NCBI GenBank assembly: GCA_963796455.1
Contig: CAWCLO010000010.1
Location: 640,001-704,000, forward strand
Reading direction: 5' to 3'
Length of the DNA: 64,000 bases
Source: Candidatus Sulfomarinibacteraceae bacterium
Lineage (GTDB): Bacteria > Acidobacteriota > Thermoanaerobaculia > Thermoanaerobaculales > Sulfomarinibacteraceae
The number at the start of each line of letters is the position of its first letter. The first letter of the stretch is position 1. A model generated the notes under the pieces. It was not told the DNA's origin and made no database searches. It worked only from the letters and a program-made list of their open reading frames with translations. Positions 52,379 to 62,173 of this stretch are shown here, in pieces. The position numbers and the translations under genes are program-made.

Positions 52379-52645
52379 CACCGCTGTCCAAAACACAGCT
52401 TACAGCGGCAGTGTTCAGCGACGGCGACAGTGACCAGCGACCGGGAACAGCGACAGAGGACAGCGGCGGCGGCAGGGGACAGCGATCAGGAGTCCGGTCG
52501 GCGAGTTCGGTCCCCGCGAACCAGGCGAAAGGCGACGGCCGAGTCTGTTCCCCGCCCCTGACCCTGATAACCGTCGCTGATATCTGTCGCTGTTGACTGG
52601 CCCTGCCGCTGACTGCTTTTCGCTGACCCTGTCTGCCGTTCTCCA
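52379..52645 (+). repeat. Gene-less copy B of the 2122-2975 element family
   Basis: Left end CACCGCTGTCCAAAACAC (16/18 to 2122-2139); CAGCGR arm; core CAGCGATCAGGAGTCCGGTCGGCGA at 52480-52504; complementary YCGCTG arm. Confidence 0.75.
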
Positions 52646-52687
52646 CCCCTGATATCGTGGCGAAGCGTATCGACTGATCGCGCCACC

Positions 52688-52715
52688 GAGCATCCAGCAT
52701 CCAGCATCGAGGATC
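52688..52715. repeat. Heptamer array SAGSATC x4
   Basis: GAGCATC CAGCATC CAGCATC GAGGATC. Confidence 0.7.
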
Positions 52716-52773
52716 GGGTGGTCGGTCGGCCTTTCCACGGCACCGTCCAAAGGGCGAAACGGGGTGGAACTCC

Positions 52774-52802
52774 TTGACAGCAAACGCCCTGTCTGTTACA
52801 AA
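52774..52802 (+). promoter_or_regulatory. Putative sigma-70 promoter of the rplU operon
   Basis: TTGACA-N17-TACAAA with TG extension. Confidence 0.55.
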
Positions 52803-52834
52803 TACGACCCCTTTGTGCAGGGGAGAGGTGTGGA

Positions 52835-53158
52835 ATGACTGATTATGCAGTAGTTGAACATGGCGGCAAACAGTACCGGGTCAGCCCCGGCGATGAGCTG
52901 CTGGTCGAACGAACCGTGCCTGACCTCAAAAAGGGCGATGCCCTGGTCTTTGATCGGGTCATGTTGATCAGCAAGGGCAAAGGTGTCCAGGTCGGACAGC
53001 CTTTGGTCGATGGCGCATCCGTCAAGAGTCAGATCCTGGCTGCGGAGCGGGGCGACAAGATCATTGTTTTCAAGAAAAAACGCCGCAAGGGTTATAAGCG
53101 GAAGAACGGTCATCGGCAGGACTATTATCGGGTCCGGGTCGAGGCCATTGAGGCGTAG
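52835..53158 (+). CDS. rplU: 50S ribosomal protein L21
   Basis: [30 protein letters not shown]. Confidence 0.97.
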   Translation: MTDYAVVEHGGKQYRVSPGDELLVERTVPDLKKGDALVFDRVMLISKGKGVQVGQPLVDGASVKSQILAAERGDKIIVFKKKRRKGYKRKNGHRQDYYRVRVEAIEA

Positions 53159-53166
53159 GGGGATCT

Positions 53167-53421
53167 ATGGCGCACAAAAAAGGACAGGGCTCGAGCCGCA
53201 ACGGTCGTGATTCCAATTCCCAGCGTCTCGGTACCAAGGTTGGTGACGGCCAGACGGTGACATCAGGCACCATCCTGGTGCGGCAGCGTGGCACGCATTT
53301 CAAGCCCGGCGACAACGTCAAAAGAGGTCGCGACGACACTCTTTTTGCGACCTCGCACGGTCAGGTCAAATTTTTGAACCGCGGTCGGCTCGGTCGGTTC
53401 ATCAGCATCGTTGCCAACTGA
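53167..53421 (+). CDS. rpmA: 50S ribosomal protein L27
   Basis: [24 protein letters not shown]. Confidence 0.97.
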   Translation: MAHKKGQGSSRNGRDSNSQRLGTKVGDGQTVTSGTILVRQRGTHFKPGDNVKRGRDDTLFATSHGQVKFLNRGRLGRFISIVAN

Positions 53422-53499
53422 CACCCCAATCAGATGAAGACGGCACGAGTAGAGCTCGCACGCCAGGCTGCGTGGTGGGCGGAGTGCCGTTGACGAACC

Positions 53500-54513
53500 A
53501 TGCTTGTTGACTCAGTTCGGATCACGGTGCGCGCCGGCAACGGCGGCAATGGCTGCGTGTCATTTCGGCGCGAGAAATTCGTCCCCCGGGGTGGTCCGAA
53601 TGGTGGTGACGGCGGTCGCGGCGGCGACGTCATCCTGGTGGTCGACGAAGGCATCAATACCCTGCTCCATCTCCACCATCGGCGCCACGTCCGTGCCGAG
53701 GCCGGCAAGCACGGTCAGGGTTCCAACAAGACCGGCGCCGGCGGCGATGATGTCTGCGTTCAGGTTCCGCCCGGGACGATCGTGCGCGATGCATCCACCG
53801 GTGAATCCATGGGTGATCTGGTGAATCAAGGCCAAGAACTGGTGGTGGCGAAGGGCGGCAAGGGAGGGCGCGGCAATACCCGTTTTTCTTCGTCGACCAA
53901 TCGGGTCCCCCGCAAAGCGGAGGATGGTGCGCCGGGCGAGAATCTCGATCTCGATCTCGAACTCAAGCTTCTGGCCGATGTCGGCCTGGTCGGGCTGCCC
54001 AATGCCGGAAAATCGACCCTGTTGTCGCGGTTGTCGGCCGCTCGCCCCAAGATTGCCGATTATCCCTTCACGACTCTCGAGCCCCATCTCGGCGTGGTTT
54101 CCGCGCCGGATGACGAGTTGCGAACCCTCGTGATGGCGGATATTCCGGGCATCATCGAGGGCGCTTCCGACGGGGCCGGGCTGGGCGCACAGTTCTTGCG
54201 CCATATCGAGAGGTGTCCGGTGCTCGCCCACCTGGTGGATCTCTCATCTGAGGAGCCCCTCACCGAACGGGTTGATACTATTCGAGCCGAACTCGAGGCG
54301 CACCCGGCTCCGCTCGAGCAGCGGCCGTGGTTGCTGATTGGCACCAAGCTCGACACTGTTGGCGATCGTGAGGCAGCTCTTGCGGAGCTTGAAAAAGTGG
54401 CGGCTGCCAATGGGGCATCATCGATGGCGATTTCGGCGGTGACCGGCGAATCCGTCGACCGGCTCCTGGGTCGACTCTTCGTGTTGGTTGAGGAGGTTCG
54501 GAACCGTTCATGA
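53500..54513 (+). CDS. obgE: GTPase Obg/CgtA
   Basis: SFRREKFVPRGGPNGGDGG, GLPNAGKST, YPFTTL, DIPG, TKLD. Confidence 0.96.
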   Translation: MLVDSVRITVRAGNGGNGCVSFRREKFVPRGGPNGGDGGRGGDVILVVDEGINTLLHLHHRRHVRAEAGKHGQGSNKTGAGGDDVCVQVPPGTIVRDASTGESMGDLVNQGQELVVAKGGKGGRGNTRFSSSTNRVPRKAEDGAPGENLDLDLELKLLADVGLVGLPNAGKSTLLSRLSAARPKIADYPFTTLEPHLGVVSAPDDELRTLVMADIPGIIEGASDGAGLGAQFLRHIERCPVLAHLVDLSSEEPLTERVDTIRAELEAHPAPLEQRPWLLIGTKLDTVGDREAALAELEKVAAANGASSMAISAVTGESVDRLLGRLFVLVEEVRNRS

Positions 54514-55178
54514 CAGAACGAATTGCAATCTACGGCGGAAGTTTTGATCCATTCCACCTCGGGCATCTGGTCCCGACGGTCCGTGCCCAGGAGACCTTTC
54601 AATTCCAGGCGGTGTATTTCGTGCCCGCGGGTTCGCCGCCGCACAAGCACTCGGCCCCGTTGACCCCGGTCACCCACCGGTTGGCGATGGTGGCAATGGC
54701 TACCCTGCCGTACGAGAATTTCTATACCTCCGACGACGAGGTCTTTGCACCGCAACCCACCTATTCGGTGGAGACCGTTCGCCGCTTTCAGACCAGATTT
54801 CCGGACAGCACGCTCTATTTCATTCTCGGTTCCGACTCCTTTTCTCAGATCCAGACCTGGGAGTTGTGGGAAGAACTTGTTGAATCGGTTCACCTGGTTG
54901 TCCTCCACCGCGCCCATATGTGGGGAGACGAACTGGCCGCTCGAGTGCCCAAACGGCTGCTGCCTCGCCTGCGGGTGGTGGAGCCCTTCGAAGAGGTTCC
55001 GGACCCCGAAGACCTTACGGTCTACCTGCTCAATCACGAGCCCTTCCCGATCTCCGGAACCTCGATCCGGGCCCGCGAGAGTCGCGGCCTTCCGATCCGT
55101 GAGTTGGTACCGCATGAGGTCCACACCTATATTGAGAAGTACGGCCTCTATGGACCCAATCCAAAGGTGGTGGACTGA
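54510..55178 (+). CDS. nadD: Nicotinate-nucleotide adenylyltransferase
   Basis: GGSFDPFHLGH, PPHK, ILGSD, ISGTSIR, YIEKYGLY. Confidence 0.92.
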   Translation: MTERIAIYGGSFDPFHLGHLVPTVRAQETFQFQAVYFVPAGSPPHKHSAPLTPVTHRLAMVAMATLPYENFYTSDDEVFAPQPTYSVETVRRFQTRFPDSTLYFILGSDSFSQIQTWELWEELVESVHLVVLHRAHMWGDELAARVPKRLLPRLRVVEPFEEVPDPEDLTVYLLNHEPFPISGTSIRARESRGLPIRELVPHEVHTYIEKYGLYGPNPKVVD

Positions 55179-55558
55179 TGTCGGAAACCGATTTTTTGGC
55201 TCGTCTCCAGACGGCGGCCCGCGCCGCAGCTGACAAGAAAGCATTTCAAGTCATCGGTCTGGAGGTCGCCGGTTTGACCTCCTACACCGACCACCTGCTC
55301 ATCTGTTCGGGCGCCAGTGACCGCCAGGTGGCGGCCATCGCCGATGCGATCCAACGACAGCTCAGGGACGAGGGCCTTCGGCCGAACCACGTTGAAGGGG
55401 TGTCCCGTGCCGAGTGGGTCCTGATCGACTATGGTGATTTCGTTGTGCACGTCTTTACCGAAGAATGTCGTGCCTACTACGGCCTCGACGCTTTGTGGGG
55501 GGATGCGCAAAAACTCGACGCAGAGGCGCTCGGAATCGGGGAAGACGAGTCGTCGTGA
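55178..55558 (+). CDS. rsfS: Ribosome silencing factor
   Basis: DKKA, SDRQVAAIAD, WVLIDYGDFVVHVF, YYGLDALW. Confidence 0.94.
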   Translation: MSETDFLARLQTAARAAADKKAFQVIGLEVAGLTSYTDHLLICSGASDRQVAAIADAIQRQLRDEGLRPNHVEGVSRAEWVLIDYGDFVVHVFTEECRAYYGLDALWGDAQKLDAEALGIGEDESS

Positions 55559-56037
55559 AGATCAGGACGCTGTGGGTCGGACGCCGGTCGGCGAGCCCCT
55601 ACGAAAAGCAGATCGAAACCTATCGTCAGCGGGTCCAGCGTCGATGGCCCGCGGAAGATATCGCCATCAAAAGCGTCGCGGGCGGTCGCGACAAGGATCC
55701 CCGGCGGGCACTCGGCCTCGAGGCCGAGGCCATGCTGCAAAACCATAAGGCCGGTTGGCGACTGGTGGCGCTCGATGAGCGAGGCACCCAACGTGACAGC
55801 ACGGCTTTTGCGCGGTGGATCCATGAATTCGCCGAAACCGGTGGCGCGGGTCTGGTCTTTGCCATTGGCAGCGACCTCGGTCTCGACCCCCGCGTGCTTG
55901 AAGCATCTGATGAGAGTATCTCGTTGAGTCAAATGACTTTACCTCATCTGCTGGCGCGTCTTGTTTTGTGGGAACAGCTTTTTCGTGCCACCAGCATCCT
56001 CTCAGGTGGTGCGTATCATCGGGGTTTCGTACAATAG
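55555..56037 (+). CDS. rlmH: 23S rRNA m3Psi1915 methyltransferase
   Basis: ALDERG, FAIGSDLG, SLSQMTLPHLLARLVLWEQLFRA, YH. Confidence 0.9.
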   Translation: MKIRTLWVGRRSASPYEKQIETYRQRVQRRWPAEDIAIKSVAGGRDKDPRRALGLEAEAMLQNHKAGWRLVALDERGTQRDSTAFARWIHEFAETGGAGLVFAIGSDLGLDPRVLEASDESISLSQMTLPHLLARLVLWEQLFRATSILSGGAYHRGFVQ

Positions 56038-56112
56038 GGGGCGGTCACTTACGATTGAAAACAGCCGCGAGATATTGGTGGCCGCTGGCCCCCGATTCGG
56101 AGGATCGTCATC

Positions 56113-56466
56113 ATGAACAAAAGACAACGCGAAAAATATCGCAAACAGCTCTTGGCAAAAAGAGAAGAACTTCTGGAACGCGTCAAGGCCGCACGGACGA
56201 GCGAGAAAGAGGGATCGGGCAAAGAAGCGCCGGACCTCGGGGATCGTGCCTTGTCGACCGTTATTCGGGATCTGAGCTACCAGCTGACGGCCGGCGAACG
56301 GGATATCGTGCGCCGGGTCGATCTTGCCCTCGATCGCATTGAGGAGGGGAACTACGGGACCTGCGTCGAGTGCGGAAAGAAAGTCCTGCTCGGTCGCCTG
56401 GACGCGGTTCCGTGGGCCCGCCACTGCATCGATTGTCAGGAATTGCAGGACCGCGGAGAAATCTGA
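56113..56466 (+). CDS. DksA/TraR-family C4 zinc-finger regulator
   Basis: DLGDRA (DxxDxA) coiled-coil tip; YGTCVECG...RLDAVPWARHCIDCQ. Confidence 0.88.
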   Translation: MNKRQREKYRKQLLAKREELLERVKAARTSEKEGSGKEAPDLGDRALSTVIRDLSYQLTAGERDIVRRVDLALDRIEEGNYGTCVECGKKVLLGRLDAVPWARHCIDCQELQDRGEI

Positions 56467-56493
56467 GGGATTGCGGTACTCCGCGGCCTGAAC

Positions 56494-57669
56494 ATGGCCC
56501 ACGTCCACCTTATTGCGTCGCCTGACGACTATCTCCTCAACGAAGAGATCAAACAGATCCTGCCAAGGGTTTGCAGCGAACTCGGTGGAGTGGAGCCAGA
56601 ATACATGCCCGACGACACCAGCCCCGAGTTGCTGGCGGTCGAGTTGTGTTCGCCCTCCCTTTTTGCGCCCCAGAGAGTCCTCGTGATCAGCGAGGCGCGG
56701 CAGTGGGTCGACGTGCCGTCGCCGAACAAGCAATATCGGCCACCGCCCGGGACCGGCCCGGCGGAAATCGATGCTTCGGCTGTGACCCATGTGCTCGATG
56801 AGGGACTGTCGGACGACATCGCGTTGATCCTTCGGGTGCAGTGCCAGGCCAAACCCAAAGGTGATCTGGTGGCCGCGATCGAAAAATCGGGGCATCTTCA
56901 CTGGCAACCGGTGCCGCCACCGCCAAAGCCCTGGGAAGATGCGGTGGTTTCCAAGGAACAGGTGGCGGTTCTGCGCGCTGTGATCGCCCGGGAAGCGCCC
57001 TCGGTAGGTTTTGCCCCTGCGGCGGAACGATTGCTCTTCGAACGCCTCGGTTTTGCGCCCCGTCTGCTCGCCTCCGAGGTCGGCAAACTTGCGGCGGCGG
57101 CAAGCGGCGACGAGGTCGACGTGGATCTTGTGCGCCGATTGAGCTTTCCACGGGAGGGTTCCCTCGAAGAGGCATTTGACGCCCTGCTCGATCGAAGGGT
57201 GGCACCGGTCCTTGAAATTCTTTCTGCCGCAGAGGGTGGTCTTCCGGTGCGCGATCTCCAGGGTCGATTGATGACCGAAAAGGCGGTCTATTTTGCCCTC
57301 GCCGGACAGGCCACGAAGGTCTTCCAACAACTGCTGTATCTCCGTCTGCTCGGCGAGCGAGAGGGCTTTCTCGCTGAGATGGCTCCGGACCGGACAGCGG
57401 CAGGTGCGTGGTATCCGAAGCGATTCAAAGACGGGATCGGACCCAGACTCCAGGAAGCCCTCAAGACCGATGCTCCCTCCCCTCTCGTGCCGCCGGGAGG
57501 CAGATCGCCGACGGTTTTTGCGCTCGGAAAGCTCTTTCGGGCCGGTGGTCGCTACACCACCGATGAGCTCCGCGCTTCGCTTGTCGATCTCGGGGCGCTG
57601 GAGGCGGACCTGCGTGGCGACGCCAAGTTGGAAGCGCTGTCGGTCTGGTTTTCGGGCGTTCTGAGCTGA
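56494..57669 (+). CDS. holA: DNA polymerase III delta subunit-like protein (divergent)
   Basis: HLIASPDDYL, SLFAPQRVLVI, LASEVGKL and DADL-like EADLRG elements. Confidence 0.6.
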   Translation: MAHVHLIASPDDYLLNEEIKQILPRVCSELGGVEPEYMPDDTSPELLAVELCSPSLFAPQRVLVISEARQWVDVPSPNKQYRPPPGTGPAEIDASAVTHVLDEGLSDDIALILRVQCQAKPKGDLVAAIEKSGHLHWQPVPPPPKPWEDAVVSKEQVAVLRAVIAREAPSVGFAPAAERLLFERLGFAPRLLASEVGKLAAAASGDEVDVDLVRRLSFPREGSLEEAFDALLDRRVAPVLEILSAAEGGLPVRDLQGRLMTEKAVYFALAGQATKVFQQLLYLRLLGEREGFLAEMAPDRTAAGAWYPKRFKDGIGPRLQEALKTDAPSPLVPPGGRSPTVFALGKLFRAGGRYTTDELRASLVDLGALEADLRGDAKLEALSVWFSGVLS

Positions 57670-57751
57670 TTGGAGCTCGGTGGGCCGTGACGAGGTCCCA
57701 TCACCATCCCGAAATGCGATACGATGAATACCTTCATTCATTGGAGGTCAT

Positions 57752-59038
57752 GTGACGGACAGCGCGCGGGAATCGACCGAGGAGCGCTTGGCGAAGAGCC
57801 AACAACGGGTTCGCCGGCTCGAAGCCGTGGTGGAGGCGAGCCTGATGGTGAACTCCACCCTCGATCTCACGGAACTCGCCGAGCACATCATCGATATCGC
57901 GACCCGTCTGGTCAACGCCGAGCGCGGCTCGCTTTTTCTGGTTGACGGGGAAAGCGGCAGTCTCCAGGCCCTCGTCGCCCAGGGCGTCGCACAGGGTTCC
58001 CTGCGACTGGCGATCGGTGAAGGCATCGTCGGAGCCGTCGCGGCATCCGGTGAGGCGGAGATCCTGGACGACCCTTACGATGATTCCCGTTTCGATCCCA
58101 GCGTCGATCGGGCCACCGGCTTTCAGACCCGCTCGTTGCTGACGGTTCCGGTGCGTGATCGCGACGGGTCTTTGACGGCGGTCCTGCAGTTGCTCAATCA
58201 CGGGGGGGGCGGTTTTTCCCGCGAGGACATCGAGTTTCTGGCTGAACTCGGCGTTCCCTTCGCCATCGCACTGACGACCGTCCGGATGCATGGAGAGATT
58301 GTCGCCAGTGAGCGGCTCGAGCGGGAAATGCGTCTCGCGGCTGAAATTCAGCGCGCCCTGCAACCGGTAGGTCGAGCGACCATTCCCGGTCTCGAAATCG
58401 ATGTCCTGTTCCGACCCAGCCGCCAGGTCGGGGGAGATTACTGGGATGTCATTCCTCTCGGCGAGAACCGGTGGTGGATCGTGGTCGGCGATGTCTCGGG
58501 CAAGGGGGTGGCGGCGGGTCTGGTGGCCTCCAACATCCAGGCATGTCTGTGGAGTCGCCGCAGCGCGCTCGCCCCGCTCAACGAGATCATGGCTGATGTC
58601 AACGATCTGCTCGGGCGCCTGACCCGCGGCCGCAAGTACGCGACCCTCGTCGTGGCGGAGTGGAATGCGGATCGCGAAACCCTCTCCTGGGTCAATGCGG
58701 GCCACCCCCCCCTGCTGCACGAACGAGAGGGAGAGGTGCGCGATTTCGGGGCCACCGGTCGTCCCATCGGTTTGCTCGAGAATCAGCACTACACCCGTGA
58801 TGGTTTTGTTCTCGAGGAGGGCGACACCGTGTTGCTCTATTCCGACGGTGTCCTCGAGGCGGAGGGCGCTACCGATGGTGCCGAGTTCGGTCTCGAGAAT
58901 ATTCGTCGGCACCTGCCCGGAGAGGGCGGGCCCCATGGGGCGGTGGTTCGGATCTCGGAGGCCGTCAACGCCCACCTCGGCGGCAACGATCCCGGGGACG
59001 ACATCACCATGGTGTGTTTTCGCCGATCGCGGGGGTGA
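57752..59038 (+). CDS. GAF plus SpoIIE/PP2C (RsbU-like) phosphatase
   Basis: GAF (GEGIVG..DSRFD..TGFQTRS); VGGDYWD, GDVSGKG, NAGH, YSDG, DDIT. Confidence 0.9.
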   Translation: MTDSARESTEERLAKSQQRVRRLEAVVEASLMVNSTLDLTELAEHIIDIATRLVNAERGSLFLVDGESGSLQALVAQGVAQGSLRLAIGEGIVGAVAASGEAEILDDPYDDSRFDPSVDRATGFQTRSLLTVPVRDRDGSLTAVLQLLNHGGGGFSREDIEFLAELGVPFAIALTTVRMHGEIVASERLEREMRLAAEIQRALQPVGRATIPGLEIDVLFRPSRQVGGDYWDVIPLGENRWWIVVGDVSGKGVAAGLVASNIQACLWSRRSALAPLNEIMADVNDLLGRLTRGRKYATLVVAEWNADRETLSWVNAGHPPLLHEREGEVRDFGATGRPIGLLENQHYTRDGFVLEEGDTVLLYSDGVLEAEGATDGAEFGLENIRRHLPGEGGPHGAVVRISEAVNAHLGGNDPGDDITMVCFRRSRG

Positions 59039-59159
59039 GTTCGAAGACGTCCCCGCATCGGCACGACAACCTGTTTTTTTCGTTGAAAGAGACGCAAAGA
59101 CGCGAAGCACTGCCAAGGTTTTTTCCGGACACGCATCTCCGAGACGATGTTTCTGGCCA

Positions 59160-59374
59160 ATGTTCAGGGACAGCGACAGCGAAAGCAGACAGCGTCGCGA
59201 CAGGAAGTAGTCAGCGTCAGTCCTCAGCGACAGCTTCAGCAATCAGCGAACAGCCTTCACTTCGCCGACTGGACTCCTGATCGCTGAACCCCGCCGCTGC
59301 CGCTGAACCCTGTCGCTGCCGCTGAAATTCGGGATCGGGACAACCGCGAATCGGAAATGGCAAAAACCAACCCG
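59160..59374 (-). repeat. Gene-less copy C of the 2122-2975 element family (reverse orientation)
   Basis: Reverse complement of 59336-59374 matches 2180-2218 at 35/39; reverse complement of 59262-59286 matches 2339-2363 at 24/25; inverted CAGCGR/YCGCTG arms. Confidence 0.8.
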
Positions 59375-59411
59375 ACTCCAATGTGCTTGGGTAAAGTAAA
59401 CTCGTTCCACC

Positions 59412-60791
59412 ATGGCAAAGCAAGAAACAGTGTGGATCGTGGACGATGACTCGGCGATTCGCGAATTGCTCTCGTTCATCATCGCCGAGGCGGGGTATGA
59501 GGTCGATGTCTTTTCTTCGGGTGCGGAGGTCCTGGCAAACTCCGGGCCACCACCGAGCGCCGTTCTGCTCGATCTCATGATGCCGGGGGTCGATGGTGTG
59601 GAGGTGCTCAAAGAGCTCAAACGGCAGCATCCCAAGCTGCCGGTGCTCATGATCACCGCCGACAACGATATCCAGCGCGCGGTGGAACTGACCAAGCTCG
59701 GGGCCTACGACTACCTGGTCAAACCGGTCGATCAGGAGCGTCTGATCACGACCCTTGGGCGTGCGCTCTCGCACGGTTCCCTCGAGAAGGAGGTGGCTCG
59801 GCTCAAGGAGCAACTCTCCGACCGCTATCACCTGCGGAATATCGTCGGCTCCTCGGCCGCGATGCGCAAGGTCTACGATCAGATCGAGAAAGTCCTCGAG
59901 TCCGAAATCACGGTCTTTATCAACGGTGAGAGCGGCACCGGCAAGGAGTTGGTGGCCAAGGCAGTCCACTACGCCTCGTTGCGCTCCGACGGCCCCTTCA
60001 TCGATGTGAACTGTGCGGCGATTCCCGATGGCCTCCAGGAGAGTGAGCTCTTCGGCCACGAAAAGGGGGCGTTCACCGGTGCCGTTGCCACCCACCCGGG
60101 CAAGTTCGAACAGGCCACGAAAGGGACCATTTTTCTCGATGAGATCGGCGAGATGTCGCCATCGGCGCAGGCCCGCCTTCTCCGCGTGCTCCAAGAGCGT
60201 GTGCTGCAGCGGGTCGGCGGAACCGACACGATCGAGCTGGACGTGCGGGTCATCTCGGCCTCCAACAGGAATCTGGCGGAGATGGTCGAGGAGGGGTCAT
60301 TCCGCCAGGATCTCTTCTACCGGTTGGTGGTCTTTCCGATTTCCCTTCCGCCGTTGCGCGACCGGCGCGAAGACATCCCGCTTCTGGTTGACCATTTTCT
60401 CGAGAAACACGCCCGCGACGCGGGCAAACGAATCACCCGGGTCGAAGCGCAGGCGATGGATGCGCTGGCCGGCCACGGGTGGCCGGGCAATGTGCGCGAG
60501 CTCGAAAACGTGATTCACCGCACGCTGTTGGTATCGGCCGGTCTCGAACTTACGGTTGACGACCTTCCGGTGGGTTTCGCCGGCGCCAGTGCGCCCGTCG
60601 TGTCCTCAACCGCCCGCTCGGCGCCAGAGGACGGTGCCGCCATGAGCCTCGAGGAGATGGAGCGGGCAGCCATCGTTGGCGCCATGGAGTCGAACCAGGG
60701 CAATCTCTCGGATGTGGCGCGGCAACTCGGTATCGGGCGCTCGACGCTGTACCGCAAGCTCGAACAATACGGGTTGCGGGAGAAAAAGTAG
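59412..60791 (+). CDS. NtrC/AtoC-family sigma-54-dependent response regulator
   Basis: Receiver (VDDD, LDLMMP, KP), GESGTGKE, GAFTGA, WPGNVREL, Fis-type HTH. Confidence 0.93.
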   Translation: MAKQETVWIVDDDSAIRELLSFIIAEAGYEVDVFSSGAEVLANSGPPPSAVLLDLMMPGVDGVEVLKELKRQHPKLPVLMITADNDIQRAVELTKLGAYDYLVKPVDQERLITTLGRALSHGSLEKEVARLKEQLSDRYHLRNIVGSSAAMRKVYDQIEKVLESEITVFINGESGTGKELVAKAVHYASLRSDGPFIDVNCAAIPDGLQESELFGHEKGAFTGAVATHPGKFEQATKGTIFLDEIGEMSPSAQARLLRVLQERVLQRVGGTDTIELDVRVISASNRNLAEMVEEGSFRQDLFYRLVVFPISLPPLRDRREDIPLLVDHFLEKHARDAGKRITRVEAQAMDALAGHGWPGNVRELENVIHRTLLVSAGLELTVDDLPVGFAGASAPVVSSTARSAPEDGAAMSLEEMERAAIVGAMESNQGNLSDVARQLGIGRSTLYRKLEQYGLREKK

Positions 60792-60799
60792 CCGATTAC

Positions 60800-60905
60800 G
60801 AGTTCGGAATTCGGAATTCGGAGATTTCACACTCCGTCCCTCAGCGCTCAGAGAATCTCGGCTAGCGGAGCTGCATTCCAAACTCCGAACTCCGCCCTCC
60901 GAACT
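60800..60905. repeat. Inverted heptamer arrays GARTTCG ... CCRAACT between convergent genes
   Basis: GAGTTCG GAATTCG GAATTCG (60800-60820); CCAAACT CCGAACT CCGCCCT CCGAACT (60878-60905). Confidence 0.8.
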
Positions 60906-60907
60906 GG

Positions 60908-61981
60908 CTAGAGGACGTCATCCCAGCCTTTTTGGTGGAGGGCCTCGACCACCGCTTTGACGCGTTGGCATTGATCCTTGGGCACGACCAATACGGCGTC
61001 CGGGGTTGCAACCACCACCAGATCGTCGACGCCGACCACCGAGACCACCGGTCCGGTGCTGACCACGACGTTGCCGAATGCTTCCACCGCGAGGCCGCGA
61101 CCGCGAATGGCGTTGGCCTGCTGGTCCGCGGGAATGGTGTCGGCGGCGGCGGCCCACGAACCGATATCGGACCATGGGAAGTCCACCGGCATGGTCCAGC
61201 ATTGGCGGGCACCCTCCATGATTCCGAAATCCACGGAAGTCGAGGGCAGGGTCGGATAGGTTGAATCGAGGACCGACGCCTCGTCGGGTTGTCCCAGGGA
61301 TTCGGCAATCCGTTGCAGCCCGTGGCCGAGATCGGGAAGTTGCCTGGAGATCTCTTCGAGCAGATCAGCCGCTCGCCAGGCGAAGATCCCGGCGTTCCAC
61401 AAGTACTTGCCGGAGGCCACATAGGCGCGGGCGTCTTCGAGATCAGGTTTTTCGACAAATCGTTCGAGCAAATGAATCGTCCACTGATCCGCACGGGAGT
61501 GCTCGGCACCGACTTCGAGATAACCGTAGCCGGTCTCCGGGTGGGCCGGTTGGATGCCGAAGGTGAGGAGGCCGCCTTCCTGGCTGACCAACTCGGCGCC
61601 GGCGGCCATGGCCGACCGAAAGCGTGCTTCGTCGCCGATGATGTGGTCCGCGGGCAGCACGATGCAGGTGGCTTCAGGATCCCGGAGCAAGACCGCGTGG
61701 GCGGCGAATCCTGCACACGCCGCAGTGTTCCGGCCCACCGGTTCGGCCAAAACATTGCCCGCCGGGAGCTCCGGCAGCAGATCGTGAGTCGCCCGGGCCG
61801 TCGCGGCCGTGGTGACAACCCACACGCGCTCTGCCGGGACCAACCCTGCCAATCGATCAAAGGTCATTCGGAGCAGCGGTTGCTCGGTGGCCAGGGCAAG
61901 GAACTGTTTTGGGCGGTCGCGGCGTGAGGCCGGCCAGAAGCGGGTCCCCGAACCACCGGCCATGATGATTGCATGCAGCAT
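60908..61981 (-). CDS. manC: Mannose-1-phosphate guanylyltransferase (no cupin domain)
   Basis: IMAGGSGTRFWPASR..PKQFL, EPVGRNTA, LPADH, FVEKP, WNAGIF, WSDIGSW. Confidence 0.9.
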   Translation of the reverse strand: MLHAIIMAGGSGTRFWPASRRDRPKQFLALATEQPLLRMTFDRLAGLVPAERVWVVTTAATARATHDLLPELPAGNVLAEPVGRNTAACAGFAAHAVLLRDPEATCIVLPADHIIGDEARFRSAMAAGAELVSQEGGLLTFGIQPAHPETGYGYLEVGAEHSRADQWTIHLLERFVEKPDLEDARAYVASGKYLWNAGIFAWRAADLLEEISRQLPDLGHGLQRIAESLGQPDEASVLDSTYPTLPSTSVDFGIMEGARQCWTMPVDFPWSDIGSWAAAADTIPADQQANAIRGRGLAVEAFGNVVVSTGPVVSVVGVDDLVVVATPDAVLVVPKDQCQRVKAVVEALHQKGWDDVL

Positions 61982-62033
61982 GGGAGTATCTTATCCCGTT
62001 CCTGCCCGACCGTGTCCGCGTCCGCGCCCACTC

Positions 62034-62103
62034 CCGAGAAAGGGGGAAAGGGAGAAAGGGAGAAAGGGAGGAAAGGGGGAAAGGGGGAAAGGGGGAAAGG
62101 GGG
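62034..62103. repeat. Purine-rich octamer array GAAAGGGR x~8
   Basis: CCGAGAAAGGGGGAAAGGGAGAAAGGGAGAAAGGGAGGAAAGGGGG...; the first 17 bp are perfectly inverted at 62934-62950. Confidence 0.85.
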
Positions 62104-62173
62104 ACCGCACAATCGAGAACTCGGTGAGGTGTGGATCTTCCCTTCTCTTTGCAGCGAATGTTATCCTCCCGCG

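Noticed and set aside
59100..59130. CACTGCC at 59108 as a terminal repeat of copy C
   Set aside because: Only 6 bp match the element A end and there is no flanking duplication.
56002..59242. Long minus-strand ORFs (56002-57741, 57734-59242; likewise 14180-15658, 16405-17670, 33846-35222)
   Set aside because: They are antisense shadows of well-supported genes, expected in GC-rich DNA, and show no recognisable motifs.
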